From positions 1-14,520 of the forward strand of contig CAXGUD010000070.1 in the NCBI GenBank assembly GCA_964012805.1: 14,520 nucleotides of DNA. The letters run 5' to 3'. This document shows positions 1 to 8,538 of the stretch, piece by piece. Position 1 is the stretch's first letter. Each line of letters begins with the position of its first letter. The translations under genes and the position numbers were made by a program. This stretch comes from an uncultured Bacteriovoracaceae bacterium (lineage in GTDB: Bacteria; Bdellovibrionota; Bacteriovoracia; Bacteriovoracales; Bacteriovoracaceae). The notes under the pieces are model-generated. The model was not told where the DNA came from. It did no database searches and saw nothing but the letters and a program-made list of their open reading frames with translations.

Positions 1-20
1 ACGTCATCTGGTAGTCTTTA

Positions 21-55
21 AAATAACTTTTAAATAACTTTTAAATAACTTTTAA
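21..55. repeat. 11-bp tandem repeat (AAATAACTTTT) x3 plus 2 nt
   Basis: Exact copies at 21-31, 32-42 and 43-53, upstream of recJ. Confidence 0.9.
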
Positions 56-118
56 GCCTATCATTATCTAACGCTTTGATTAATGCATAGGTTCTAGTAA
101 CTGTGGTAGAAGTTTTGA

Positions 119-1846
119 ATGCAAACAACACAAAACCAACCACAAAGAAACCTTCACCCTATTATCCGAAACCTTTTTTCAAAAAGAGGCCTAGATCTCA
201 CTGAGCAAGAAGAGTTCCTCTCTTGGGACCTCAAGAAGCTTCCCGAGCTGACAGACTTGCGCGACATCACAAAAGCCGCTCTGAGAATTAAGAAGTCGAT
301 GTCCTATGGCAAGAAAATCGGTGTTTATGGTGATTATGATGTCGATGGCACAACTTCTTGTGCTTTATTCTGGCAGTTTTTTAAATCTTTGAATTATGAA
401 AATGTTGCTTTGATTCAACCAAGTCGTTTTGTGGAAGGTTATGGTTTGCACAAAAGTTCAATTGATGATGCCATTAGCCAGGATATCGACCTTTTAATTA
501 CGGTTGATTGTGGAATAACAAATACAGAGGCTGCCCTCTATTCTAAAGAGAAAGGCTTGGACCTCATTATAACAGATCATCATACAGATGCTTGTGAGGA
601 GATGCCTGAGGCTTATGCTATCGTCAATCCTAATAGAAGAGATGAGCCAGAAAACTCACCCCTTAAAACACTTGCTGGAGTTGGTGTCGCTTTTTGTGTT
701 TGCTTAGAGGTAAAAAATTTATTTGAGAGTGAAGGAAAAACCTGTCCCTCTCTTTACCCTCTTTTAGAATATGTGGCCATTGGAACTATTTGTGACCTTG
801 CAAAGCTGACTCCTGTTAATTTAAAGCTTGTTAGGCATGGGCTAAAAAAAGTTAAGGACTCTTCTTTTTTAGGGGTAAAAGCTTTCTTTACTCCGGAAGA
901 AAGGTCGAGGCCCATCATTCCAAGCGAAAAGTTATCATTTCAAGTAGGCCCGCTTATTAATTCAAAGGGAAGGCTTGACCACCCTGAAAAAGCTCTCAAG
1001 CTTCTCATATCAGATAACTCTGAGGAAGCCTTTAGTTATTATGCCCATCTGAATGATTGTAATAATGAAAGAAAAAAAATAACCTCTGTTGTTTTTGAGG
1101 AAGCTAAAGATCAAGTTATCTCTGATTGCAGAGATGAAGACCTTATCATTAATATCGTCTACAAAGATGATTGGCATGAAGGAGTTATTGGTATTGTTGC
1201 AAGTCGCCTTGTCGAGACTTTCAAGGTACCTGCGATTGTCTTTTCCAATGCAGAAGAAGAGGGTGTCATTAAAGCATCTGCAAGAAGCGCAGGACCTCTC
1301 AATTTATTTGATTGCCTAAACCAAAACTCTGACCTCTTTATAAAATTTGGTGGCCATAAAGCAGCGGCAGGTCTTTCTATGAAAAAAGAAAACTTACCGC
1401 TTTTAAAAGAAAACTTAAAAAACCTCCTCAGAGAATTGCCACTGATAGAGAGGACGGTTCCTGAAGACTATGATTTAGAGATTACCGCTCACGAAATCAA
1501 TAGCGAGTTGCTTTCACACTTGGACCTCCTAGAGCCATTTGGAATGGGAAATGAAAAACCTCTTTTTAAAGTGAGAGGTCTTACTCTTCAATCTTTTGAT
1601 CTTTTAAAGGAAGTTCATGTAAGATGGAACTTCCTATCTAGTCAGAACGGACCAAATGGAAGTCCTCTACGGCTTAAAGGAATTAGTTTTAATTATGTAG
1701 GGAAGTGGGGAGTGCTCTCCCCAGACAGAATCTATGACCTTCAGTTTGCTAAAGATTCAGATTTGTCGGTCTATTGCCACCTTTCCCTAAACCGATTCAA
1801 TGGAAGAGAATCTATTCAATTAATGGTAGAAAAGATTACTCTTTAA
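119..1846 (+). CDS. recJ: Single-stranded DNA-specific exonuclease RecJ (DHH/DHHA1 family)
   Basis: Motifs YGDYDVDG, TVDCG, ITDHH, GTICD, WHEGVIGIVASRL, GGHKAAAG and LEPFGMGN; 575 aa is typical length. Confidence 0.96.
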   Translation: MQTTQNQPQRNLHPIIRNLFSKRGLDLTEQEEFLSWDLKKLPELTDLRDITKAALRIKKSMSYGKKIGVYGDYDVDGTTSCALFWQFFKSLNYENVALIQPSRFVEGYGLHKSSIDDAISQDIDLLITVDCGITNTEAALYSKEKGLDLIITDHHTDACEEMPEAYAIVNPNRRDEPENSPLKTLAGVGVAFCVCLEVKNLFESEGKTCPSLYPLLEYVAIGTICDLAKLTPVNLKLVRHGLKKVKDSSFLGVKAFFTPEERSRPIIPSEKLSFQVGPLINSKGRLDHPEKALKLLISDNSEEAFSYYAHLNDCNNERKKITSVVFEEAKDQVISDCRDEDLIINIVYKDDWHEGVIGIVASRLVETFKVPAIVFSNAEEEGVIKASARSAGPLNLFDCLNQNSDLFIKFGGHKAAAGLSMKKENLPLLKENLKNLLRELPLIERTVPEDYDLEITAHEINSELLSHLDLLEPFGMGNEKPLFKVRGLTLQSFDLLKEVHVRWNFLSSQNGPNGSPLRLKGISFNYVGKWGVLSPDRIYDLQFAKDSDLSVYCHLSLNRFNGRESIQLMVEKITL

Positions 1847-1851
1847 AAAAA

Positions 1852-2376
1852 TTAGTCTCTTACAACCGTTACTTTTTTCATAACGACATCTTCTAGCGGT
1901 CTATCATCTCGGTTTGTTGCTGTTTTTCCAATCTGATGAATAATGTCCATTCCTTCAATAACTTTACCAAAAACTGTATGGTGTCCATTAAGGTGTGGAG
2001 TCGGTACGAGAGTTATAAAAAACTGAGAACCATTTGTGCCCGGTCCTGCATTTGCCATGGAAAAAATACCTTCAGAGGAATGTTTAAGCTCTGGTTGGCA
2101 CTCGTCCTGGAATTGGTAGCCTGGCCCTCCAGTTCCAATACCATGAGGACAACCACCTTGGATCATAAAGCCTTCAATAACTCTATGAAAGATAAGTCCA
2201 TCATAATATGGTCCTTCTTTTTCAGTTTCTTGCCTTCCTTCAACAAGATTGACAAAATTCCAAACTGTTTCAGGACACTCTTTAGCATAAAGTTCTGCTT
2301 TGAAGTTTCCTAATGTTGTTTCAAAGTCGACTTTAATACGGTCTAGGTTTTCTTTATAGTCACTTTTTGCGGCCAT
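1852..2376 (-). CDS. ppiB: Cyclophilin-type peptidyl-prolyl cis-trans isomerase
   Basis: FHRVIEGFMIQGG, SMANAGPGTNGSQFFIT and HLNGHHTVFG motifs; no signal peptide; AAGGAG RBS. The ppiA/ppiB naming is uncertain. Confidence 0.93.
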   Translation of the reverse strand: MAAKSDYKENLDRIKVDFETTLGNFKAELYAKECPETVWNFVNLVEGRQETEKEGPYYDGLIFHRVIEGFMIQGGCPHGIGTGGPGYQFQDECQPELKHSSEGIFSMANAGPGTNGSQFFITLVPTPHLNGHHTVFGKVIEGMDIIHQIGKTATNRDDRPLEDVVMKKVTVVRD

Positions 2377-2393
2377 GAACTGCTCCTTTTTAT

Positions 2394-3206
2394 TTATCTA
2401 GCCAAGTACTGTATTTTTGCGCGCCCGTTGAACTCCCTAGGAATTCGGCCGCGAGGGATATAAAGGTTTAATTTTTGTGTTTTTGAAAAAAATGAATCAA
2501 GATGAATGGAGAAGTGGGGAACTTTTTTATTTTTTTGGTTATAAATGGAAAACATTTCCAAGCTCATAATTTTAATGCTTCCATTTTCAAATCGATTTTC
2601 TTTTAGGAAGCGTTGAATTGAAGCCTTTGAGTAACAAAGGCTAATAAAAATAGGATAACCCCTTCCACCCTTTCTCGAGGATAAGAATCTTTTTAATTTA
2701 GATATATCTCTTTTGTTTGCTCTGTTTACCAAATTATCTATCCAGAAAAGATTAACGACAGGGTAGGCAGGGCTTTGGAAAATACTTTGATTGGCCTTTA
2801 CCTTTTCAAGGGTTTCAAAAAAAATTTTTTCTTCTTCTTTTTGAGGGAGGAATTGACCATTTGTTTTTTTTAGGTTAATGCGGTAGGCTACGTTATAAAG
2901 GTTTTGAAAATGAACCGCTTTTGGGTAATCTAGCCCAAAATTTTGTCTTATCTTTTCATAGTTAAAAAACTTTAATTTGTGTTCCCTTTTACACTGTCCC
3001 GATTCAGAGAAGTTAAGCCATTCTGGAACTTCTTGCAGAAAGAATTTAGAGAGGGCAACGCTTCTGTATTGTTCACCAATAATGTGCTTTGAATAAGAAG
3101 CATTTTTCTCCTTATCACTAGAGAAGGGGTTGAGCGAACTACAGGATGTAAAAAATAAAGAAAAGAAAATGGGTATGAAGATAAATTTTCTAAATAAATT
3201 AAGCAT
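2394..3206 (-). CDS. Hypothetical lipoprotein
   Basis: Basic n-region, hydrophobic h-region and lipobox-like FTS-C; 2 nt from the upstream gene and 17 nt from the cyclophilin gene. Confidence 0.7.
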   Translation of the reverse strand: MLNLFRKFIFIPIFFSLFFTSCSSLNPFSSDKEKNASYSKHIIGEQYRSVALSKFFLQEVPEWLNFSESGQCKREHKLKFFNYEKIRQNFGLDYPKAVHFQNLYNVAYRINLKKTNGQFLPQKEEEKIFFETLEKVKANQSIFQSPAYPVVNLFWIDNLVNRANKRDISKLKRFLSSRKGGRGYPIFISLCYSKASIQRFLKENRFENGSIKIMSLEMFSIYNQKNKKVPHFSIHLDSFFSKTQKLNLYIPRGRIPREFNGRAKIQYLAR

Positions 3207-3208
3207 AA

Positions 3209-4615
3209 CTAATCTCCGACCTTGGTAAAAAAGGATAAGATGTTATCTTCTATGACTTTTAATTGCTCTAATCCATCATGAAGTTTATATCTTTGGCCCG
3301 CTCCGCTATGGTCACTTTGGCTTTTTTTATTATTAACGGGCCCAAGAGTATAAAAACCAGGTTCATTGGGATGTAATCCATTATCTGAACTGGTTTGCTT
3401 CTTTGAGGCACTAAAGTCTGCCTTAAGCCCTCCAAAAAGATGATGACTGCATTCGTAACCAGTTAAAACGGCAACTTTATCGCAGGAAATAGTTTTAATG
3501 CTATTTGAGTTGCCTCTAAAAGGAGCATCCTCTATTGTCACGAATACTTCTTCTCTATCAATGAGTTTATCTACGGAAGTTGCGTTAAAGCCACAAAAGA
3601 AAGCAGGATTTTTTGATGGCTCTTGGGGTCTTGGTATTTTGGCCTTCATATAATCTTCGAGGTCCCGCCACTCTCTTAAGCTTTTTTCAAAAGAAGTCCT
3701 CTTATTTTCAAAGGAAACTTTTCTTTCCTCTAAAAAATCATTCAGCTCTTTTAAAAAAGAATCTTTTTTTAGATTATTTAATATTTTTTGAAAAGCCTCG
3801 TCTTCCGTAGTTACAAGTGAAACTTGCATAGATTCTTTTTCTATTAAGTCTTTTACGTTTAATAAAAGCTTTCCAGACGACTCACCGCTACCAATGATCG
3901 TTAATTTTTTTATATTTTCTTTAAGTGGTAGTAAGCTTTTAAAGCTTTCAATGCCATAAAAGACCTTTTCCTTTAGAGAGAGGCTGCTTTCATTAAGGGC
4001 CAATGTAGAGGAAGGACCCATTTTTTTGGGATTTCCTAGGACCCCTGATGCATCAATGACGATGTCAAAGTCATTGAATTGTTCCATGGGTGTTTTAAGA
4101 GAGTTAATAACGTCATCGCCTAGTGAATCAAGTGTTTTTTTGTCCAGGCTTTTTTCTGAGAAGGAGTCTTCATTGGGGTTTATAAGATAGACGACTCTAA
4201 ACAAATCAAAAAGTCTCGTTCTTCCTTCAATTTCTTCATCGAGGTCCAAAAATCTTTTGTGGACACGAAGGACTGTACCTCTAATGTGTGTGACTTTTTT
4301 TTGAATAAATTTTGAAAGAGGTTTTAGGTACTTTTCCCAATACTCACTAATTGAAGGTGTAAGTTCAGTATCAAAAAGAGCATCATTTGATTCACCATTT
4401 TGATCTGTGAGAACTTTCCTTCCTGCATGAGTCGTTATTTCAGACCAAGTGCCCGTCATTTTTTCTGTAGACTTTACAGAAAGATTTTCTTCTTCAAAAA
4501 GCTTTGTTTTTCCGCCCAAAGAAGGAGAGAAAATTGAAACCTCAGCTCCCAAAGTTGTTAAACGCAGAGACATCTCAATAGCAAGTGGCCCGCCGCCTAT
4601 TATACCAATCTTCAT
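3209..4615 (-). CDS. FAD/NAD(P)-binding flavoprotein, two-dinucleotide-binding type (FMO/pyridine nucleotide oxidoreductase-like)
   Basis: N-terminal Rossmann MKIGIIGGGPLA, DIVIDASG, second Rossmann IIGSGESS and VLTGY (ATGY-like) motif. Confidence 0.7.
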   Translation of the reverse strand: MKIGIIGGGPLAIEMSLRLTTLGAEVSIFSPSLGGKTKLFEEENLSVKSTEKMTGTWSEITTHAGRKVLTDQNGESNDALFDTELTPSISEYWEKYLKPLSKFIQKKVTHIRGTVLRVHKRFLDLDEEIEGRTRLFDLFRVVYLINPNEDSFSEKSLDKKTLDSLGDDVINSLKTPMEQFNDFDIVIDASGVLGNPKKMGPSSTLALNESSLSLKEKVFYGIESFKSLLPLKENIKKLTIIGSGESSGKLLLNVKDLIEKESMQVSLVTTEDEAFQKILNNLKKDSFLKELNDFLEERKVSFENKRTSFEKSLREWRDLEDYMKAKIPRPQEPSKNPAFFCGFNATSVDKLIDREEVFVTIEDAPFRGNSNSIKTISCDKVAVLTGYECSHHLFGGLKADFSASKKQTSSDNGLHPNEPGFYTLGPVNNKKSQSDHSGAGQRYKLHDGLEQLKVIEDNILSFFTKVGD

Positions 4616-4671
4616 CTATCCCCAACCTCTAAGTAAATGAACGGGTAGGTTTATCATTTTAGGGCCTCATT

Positions 4672-5127
4672 TTAAAGAGAATTAGCCTTTTTGTGCGATC
4701 TGTCAGTTAAAGAATATTCAGAAAATTCGTACAGAAACTCAATAAAACTACCAATGGGCTTGAAAGAGTCCTGAGATTTATCCAAAAGACATCCGTATCG
4801 ATAAAACGCCCTCCCATCTTCGATAATTTCCTGGGCGTGTTTTATTTCAATCATTGCTGGTAAGTACGAGTTCGATGAAAAATAGAGTCTAATATTAACA
4901 ACATCATCTGTTGAAAATGGACCCTTTTGACCTCTTATCGCGGGGACTTCAAATTGGAGGCCATCTCTTGATATATCGATGAGGGAAATAGGAAAAATCT
5001 CTTCTCCTTCTTCGACTTCCGCATAAACTTCAAGTAGATTATCAAACATTAACCGTTCAAATTTTCTTCGTTTTTTTTCAATGCTTTCTGATCTTTTATC
5101 TTCAAAGTTGATGACTTTATTACTCAT
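4672..5127 (-). CDS. PilZ domain protein (putative c-di-GMP receptor)
   Basis: RxxxR (RKFER) and DxSxxG (DISRDG) motifs both present; AGGAGG RBS. Confidence 0.88.
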   Translation of the reverse strand: MSNKVINFEDKRSESIEKKRRKFERLMFDNLLEVYAEVEEGEEIFPISLIDISRDGLQFEVPAIRGQKGPFSTDDVVNIRLYFSSNSYLPAMIEIKHAQEIIEDGRAFYRYGCLLDKSQDSFKPIGSFIEFLYEFSEYSLTDRSHKKANSL

Positions 5128-5153
5128 GAAGGCCTCCTTTTAGGATCGAGATA

Positions 5154-5180
5154 TCATCGGCTGAAAAAGAGAACCTAATA
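5154..5180 (-). promoter_or_regulatory. Possible sigma28 (FliA) promoter of the PilZ gene
   Basis: GCCGATGA at 5161-5154 matches the GCCGATAA -10 at 7/8, 26 nt before the ATG. The -35 is weak (TATT at N15). Confidence 0.4.
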
Positions 5181-5316
5181 AGGGGAAAATGGTCCTTTAT
5201 TTTTTTAGGGGGAAAATTTTTCCTACAAATCAAATGAGCAGTAATTTTTGGATTGTTAGGAGCAAAATACCGAAAATATTTCTTAGAAGGAATAAAGTTT
5301 TTTTAAGAAGGTTTAA

Positions 5317-7572
5317 ATGGAAACTAGTCCTAAGGGAGGACATTCACTTTCAACAATATTGATGACTTCAGTCTTTTCTATATATTTTATCATTATCGTA
5401 TTAACGACATCTATCAGGATCTTAGTTGAATATCAAAATGCAGAAAAAGAAATTTATAAAGAAATGGAATCCATTATTGAAACATTTAGGGACCCATTAA
5501 GTGAATCTCTTTGGGAGTTTAATGATCTTCTTCTGAGTTCTACGGTAAATGGAATCATGAAAAACCCTATTATTAAAGGGGTTGAAGTTCGTAGTTTTTT
5601 CGGAGATTTAAAAAAAATACGAGGAATTACCAAAAATAGTGATGGTGAATTTTATAATTCATTAGATGGAAAAAATATAAAAATAAATGAAACTGATAGC
5701 GAAGAGATTATTGCTTTTAATTTTAAAATTCTACATAAAGATGCGGGAAAGAAAGGGAAAAGGGTTCTTGTAGGAAAAGGTTCTTTTTATTCAAGCAGGC
5801 TTTTTATAAAAGAAAAAATATGGCGAACTTTTACTTATATTTTGTTGTCAGAGTTCATAAAAACAATATCTATCTTTATCTTTTTTATTTGGATTTTTAA
5901 AAAAATATTGGGAGATCCATTAAAAAAATTAACTTCTTCAATTGAGAGGATTGATCTGAATGAAATAGATAGTGGGCCAATTAAGGTTTTTGAAAAAAAT
6001 GAGGGAGGAAGGGAACTTACTATTTTTCAGGACTCATTTAATAAAATGAAAAAAGACTTAAAAGAAACTCATGAGTCACTTAGAGATTATTCATCTTCTT
6101 TGGAAGACAAAGTTGAAAATAGAGCTAAAGATCTAAAAAATCTTCTTGAAAACTTGGGACAAGGTTTTATGGTTTTTAATAAAGAAGGAATTGTTCAACC
6201 CGGTTGCTCTAATGTAACCCTTCAATTATTTGGTTGTGATCCTACAAATAAGAAATTTTCGGAAGTTCTTCAATACAAAAAAGATGATAAATTATCTTTA
6301 GATAGCTGGATTAAAAATGCTTGGAAAGGGAAAATATCTTTTCGAGAGATTGCCCCACTTGCTCCAAAATCTTTTGAAAAACTTGAAAGGTTTATAGAAC
6401 TTGAATACAGACCAATTTATAACGAAAAAAAGGGCGCAGAAAAGAAACTTGAAAGAGTTATTTGTATTGCCTCAGATAAAACAAAAGAGAGAGAGTTAGA
6501 AAAAATTGCAGATAAAGAAAAGTCACAGGCACACATGATACTAAAAATTATAAGTGATAAAAATGGATTTAACAGCATGATCAGGGAGGTTAAAAGAAAT
6601 ATTAGTGATATTAAAAGGGATATAATAGAAAAAAACGAAAAAATAGACCTAAAAAATATATTTAGAATTATGCACACTTCAAAAGGCGCCTTTTCATCTT
6701 ATTCGATGAAAGAGCTAGCAAATCTAGCACATAGATTTGAAGATCAAATTTTAAAGATTGAAAACAATGATATTAACCTAGATGAAGATTCAAGAATGTT
6801 TAATAACCTTAGGACTAAGATAAATTACCTTGAGGAAAAGTTAGAAAACTTTTTGGAAGAAAATAAAATGGTTCTTGAAGGTGGTGCTGAGTCTGGAAAT
6901 GGTGTTAAAGAGGAACAATTAATAGAAAAATTTAAACAATTTATTCTAAAAAGAGAGGGTGATAAATCTAAGATTTATCAAGATTTCACCGGTGAATTTT
7001 ATTCAAAAAAAATATCGGAATGTTTTGAGAGGTTTATCCCTATTGTGAAGGAGCTTGAAGAAAGATTAGGTAAACCAATAACTCTTAAAATAGAACAGAG
7101 TCCTATAATTGTTAATTTCCAGTTTTACGAGCCATTTATCCTTTCATGTATTCACATCTTTAGAAATTGTGCTGATCATGGGATTGAAGACACAGAAGAA
7201 AGAATTGCAAATGGTAAAGAAGTAAAGGGTTTAATCACAGTAAGATTTAAAAAAGTCATGAATGATAAAATACAAATAGCTATTAAAGATGATGGAAGGG
7301 GAATCACCCCTAAAAAAATAAAAGAGGTTGTAATAAGCAAAGATATTTTGTCTGCAAAGGAAGTTAATAACCTACCTGATTCTAAAATTCTTCAACTTAT
7401 TTTCCACGAAGAGTTTTCATCAAAAGATGAAGTAACCGAGTTCTCTGGCAGAGGGGTCGGGTTAAGTGCAGTTATGGAAGAAGTCAAAAAGTTAAATGGG
7501 AATATTTTGGTAGCTTCAAAAGATGGGTCAGGAACATCATTTATGATAAGCCTTCCTCTCATTCTGAGTTAA
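5317..7572 (+). CDS. Membrane sensor histidine kinase: TM-sensor-TM-HAMP-PAS-like-Hpt-CheA-type HATPase, no CheW domain
   Basis: Two TM helices; HAMP (PLKKLTSSIERI...ELTIFQDSFNKM); PAS-like start (LLENLGQGFMVFNKEG); Hpt FRIMHTSKG; N-box HIFRNCADHGIE; G1 DDGRG; G2 SGRGVGL. The protein ends right after the ATPase domain. Confidence 0.88.
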   Translation: METSPKGGHSLSTILMTSVFSIYFIIIVLTTSIRILVEYQNAEKEIYKEMESIIETFRDPLSESLWEFNDLLLSSTVNGIMKNPIIKGVEVRSFFGDLKKIRGITKNSDGEFYNSLDGKNIKINETDSEEIIAFNFKILHKDAGKKGKRVLVGKGSFYSSRLFIKEKIWRTFTYILLSEFIKTISIFIFFIWIFKKILGDPLKKLTSSIERIDLNEIDSGPIKVFEKNEGGRELTIFQDSFNKMKKDLKETHESLRDYSSSLEDKVENRAKDLKNLLENLGQGFMVFNKEGIVQPGCSNVTLQLFGCDPTNKKFSEVLQYKKDDKLSLDSWIKNAWKGKISFREIAPLAPKSFEKLERFIELEYRPIYNEKKGAEKKLERVICIASDKTKERELEKIADKEKSQAHMILKIISDKNGFNSMIREVKRNISDIKRDIIEKNEKIDLKNIFRIMHTSKGAFSSYSMKELANLAHRFEDQILKIENNDINLDEDSRMFNNLRTKINYLEEKLENFLEENKMVLEGGAESGNGVKEEQLIEKFKQFILKREGDKSKIYQDFTGEFYSKKISECFERFIPIVKELEERLGKPITLKIEQSPIIVNFQFYEPFILSCIHIFRNCADHGIEDTEERIANGKEVKGLITVRFKKVMNDKIQIAIKDDGRGITPKKIKEVVISKDILSAKEVNNLPDSKILQLIFHEEFSSKDEVTEFSGRGVGLSAVMEEVKKLNGNILVASKDGSGTSFMISLPLILS

Positions 7573-7581
7573 TTTTAAAAA

Positions 7582-8538
7582 TCACATTTTTTTATCCCAA
7601 AAAGGTGTCTTTGATATTTCATCTTTAATTTTTGTAAAAGACTCTAATCTTGAAAGTATAATTTTTTCTTCATAACCCTCAAGGCCTAGGGAGTTAAAAT
7701 GGCACCCTTTAGACTGTTCTTCATGTTGGCAATCGTTAAATTGGCAGCGGACTATATAAGGATGAAGGTCTGGAAAAAAGTCAATGAGGTCCTCCTCACT
7801 CAAGTCTTCCATGGAAAAGGAGCGGATGCCGGGAGAGTCAATTAGTGAAAAACTATTGCAATCAATAATTTCTGACCATGTTGTTGTATGGGACCCTTTT
7901 CCTTTTTTACCTACAGCTTTGGTTTTGAGTTCAACCTTACCACCACTAAATGTGTTAATAGATCGACTTTTTCCAACCCCTGATTGACCTACAAAGATGG
8001 CCGTTGAGCCTGAGAGACGCTCTTTAAGGTCATTAAGACCCAAATCTAGAAATCTATTTTCATATTCAGGGAATTTAGCAGAGACTTCAAAGCACTCTAC
8101 GTTGAGGTGCTTTAAACGGTCCCTTTCAAAGTGGATATCTAAGTCTCTTGGGTTGTACTCATCCATTTTATTAAAAACAATGAGAGGTTTTACATCCCAT
8201 TGGATGGCCCTAACGAGGAAACGGTCTAAAATACCTCTTTTATAGCGGGGTTTTGAAGTTGAATTGACAATGACGATATAGTCACAGTTTGCAGCTGTGA
8301 CTTTCTTCTTTCTCTCTCTTACAATGACTCTGTAAAGTTCATTTCTTCTTTCTTCCACTTCATGAATTTCGTATTCGCCTTCACCCATTTTTTCTAAATA
8401 AACAAAGTCACCAACAACAATCGTTTCATCTTTTTTTAAAAGTTTTCCTAAAGCGGTGGCGAGAACTATTTCTCCAGTTGTTTCCAGTTTACACGTAAAT
8501 TCTCTTTTTGAAGAATGATAAACTCTCGCCTTAATCAT
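7582..8538 (-). CDS. rsgA: Small ribosomal subunit biogenesis GTPase RsgA
   Basis: Circularly permuted G4 NKMD, G5 SAK, G1 GQSGVGKS, G2 HTTT and G3 DSPG; N-terminal OB-fold (VVGDFV); C-terminal Zn finger CQFNDCQH...C. Confidence 0.95.
   Translation of the reverse strand: MIKARVYHSSKREFTCKLETTGEIVLATALGKLLKKDETIVVGDFVYLEKMGEGEYEIHEVEERRNELYRVIVRERKKKVTAANCDYIVIVNSTSKPRYKRGILDRFLVRAIQWDVKPLIVFNKMDEYNPRDLDIHFERDRLKHLNVECFEVSAKFPEYENRFLDLGLNDLKERLSGSTAIFVGQSGVGKSRSINTFSGGKVELKTKAVGKKGKGSHTTTWSEIIDCNSFSLIDSPGIRSFSMEDLSEEDLIDFFPDLHPYIVRCQFNDCQHEEQSKGCHFNSLGLEGYEEKIILSRLESFTKIKDEISKTPFWDKKM

Noticed and set aside
21..55. CRISPR array or oriC unwinding element
   Set aside because: The repeats are 11 bp with no spacers, no cas genes are present, and I saw no DnaA-box cluster nearby.
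1089..1319. 76-aa ORF on + strand
   Set aside because: Alternate frame inside recJ with no motif.
1936..2313. 125-aa ORF on + strand
   Set aside because: Antisense shadow of the cyclophilin gene.
3613..4640. 65-aa (3613..3810) and 63-aa (4449..4640) ORFs on + strand
   Set aside because: Antisense to the flavoprotein gene with no independent support.
6417..6677. 86-aa hydrophobic ORF on - strand
   Set aside because: Antisense to the A-rich kinase gene; its F/L/I/S richness is the expected artefact.
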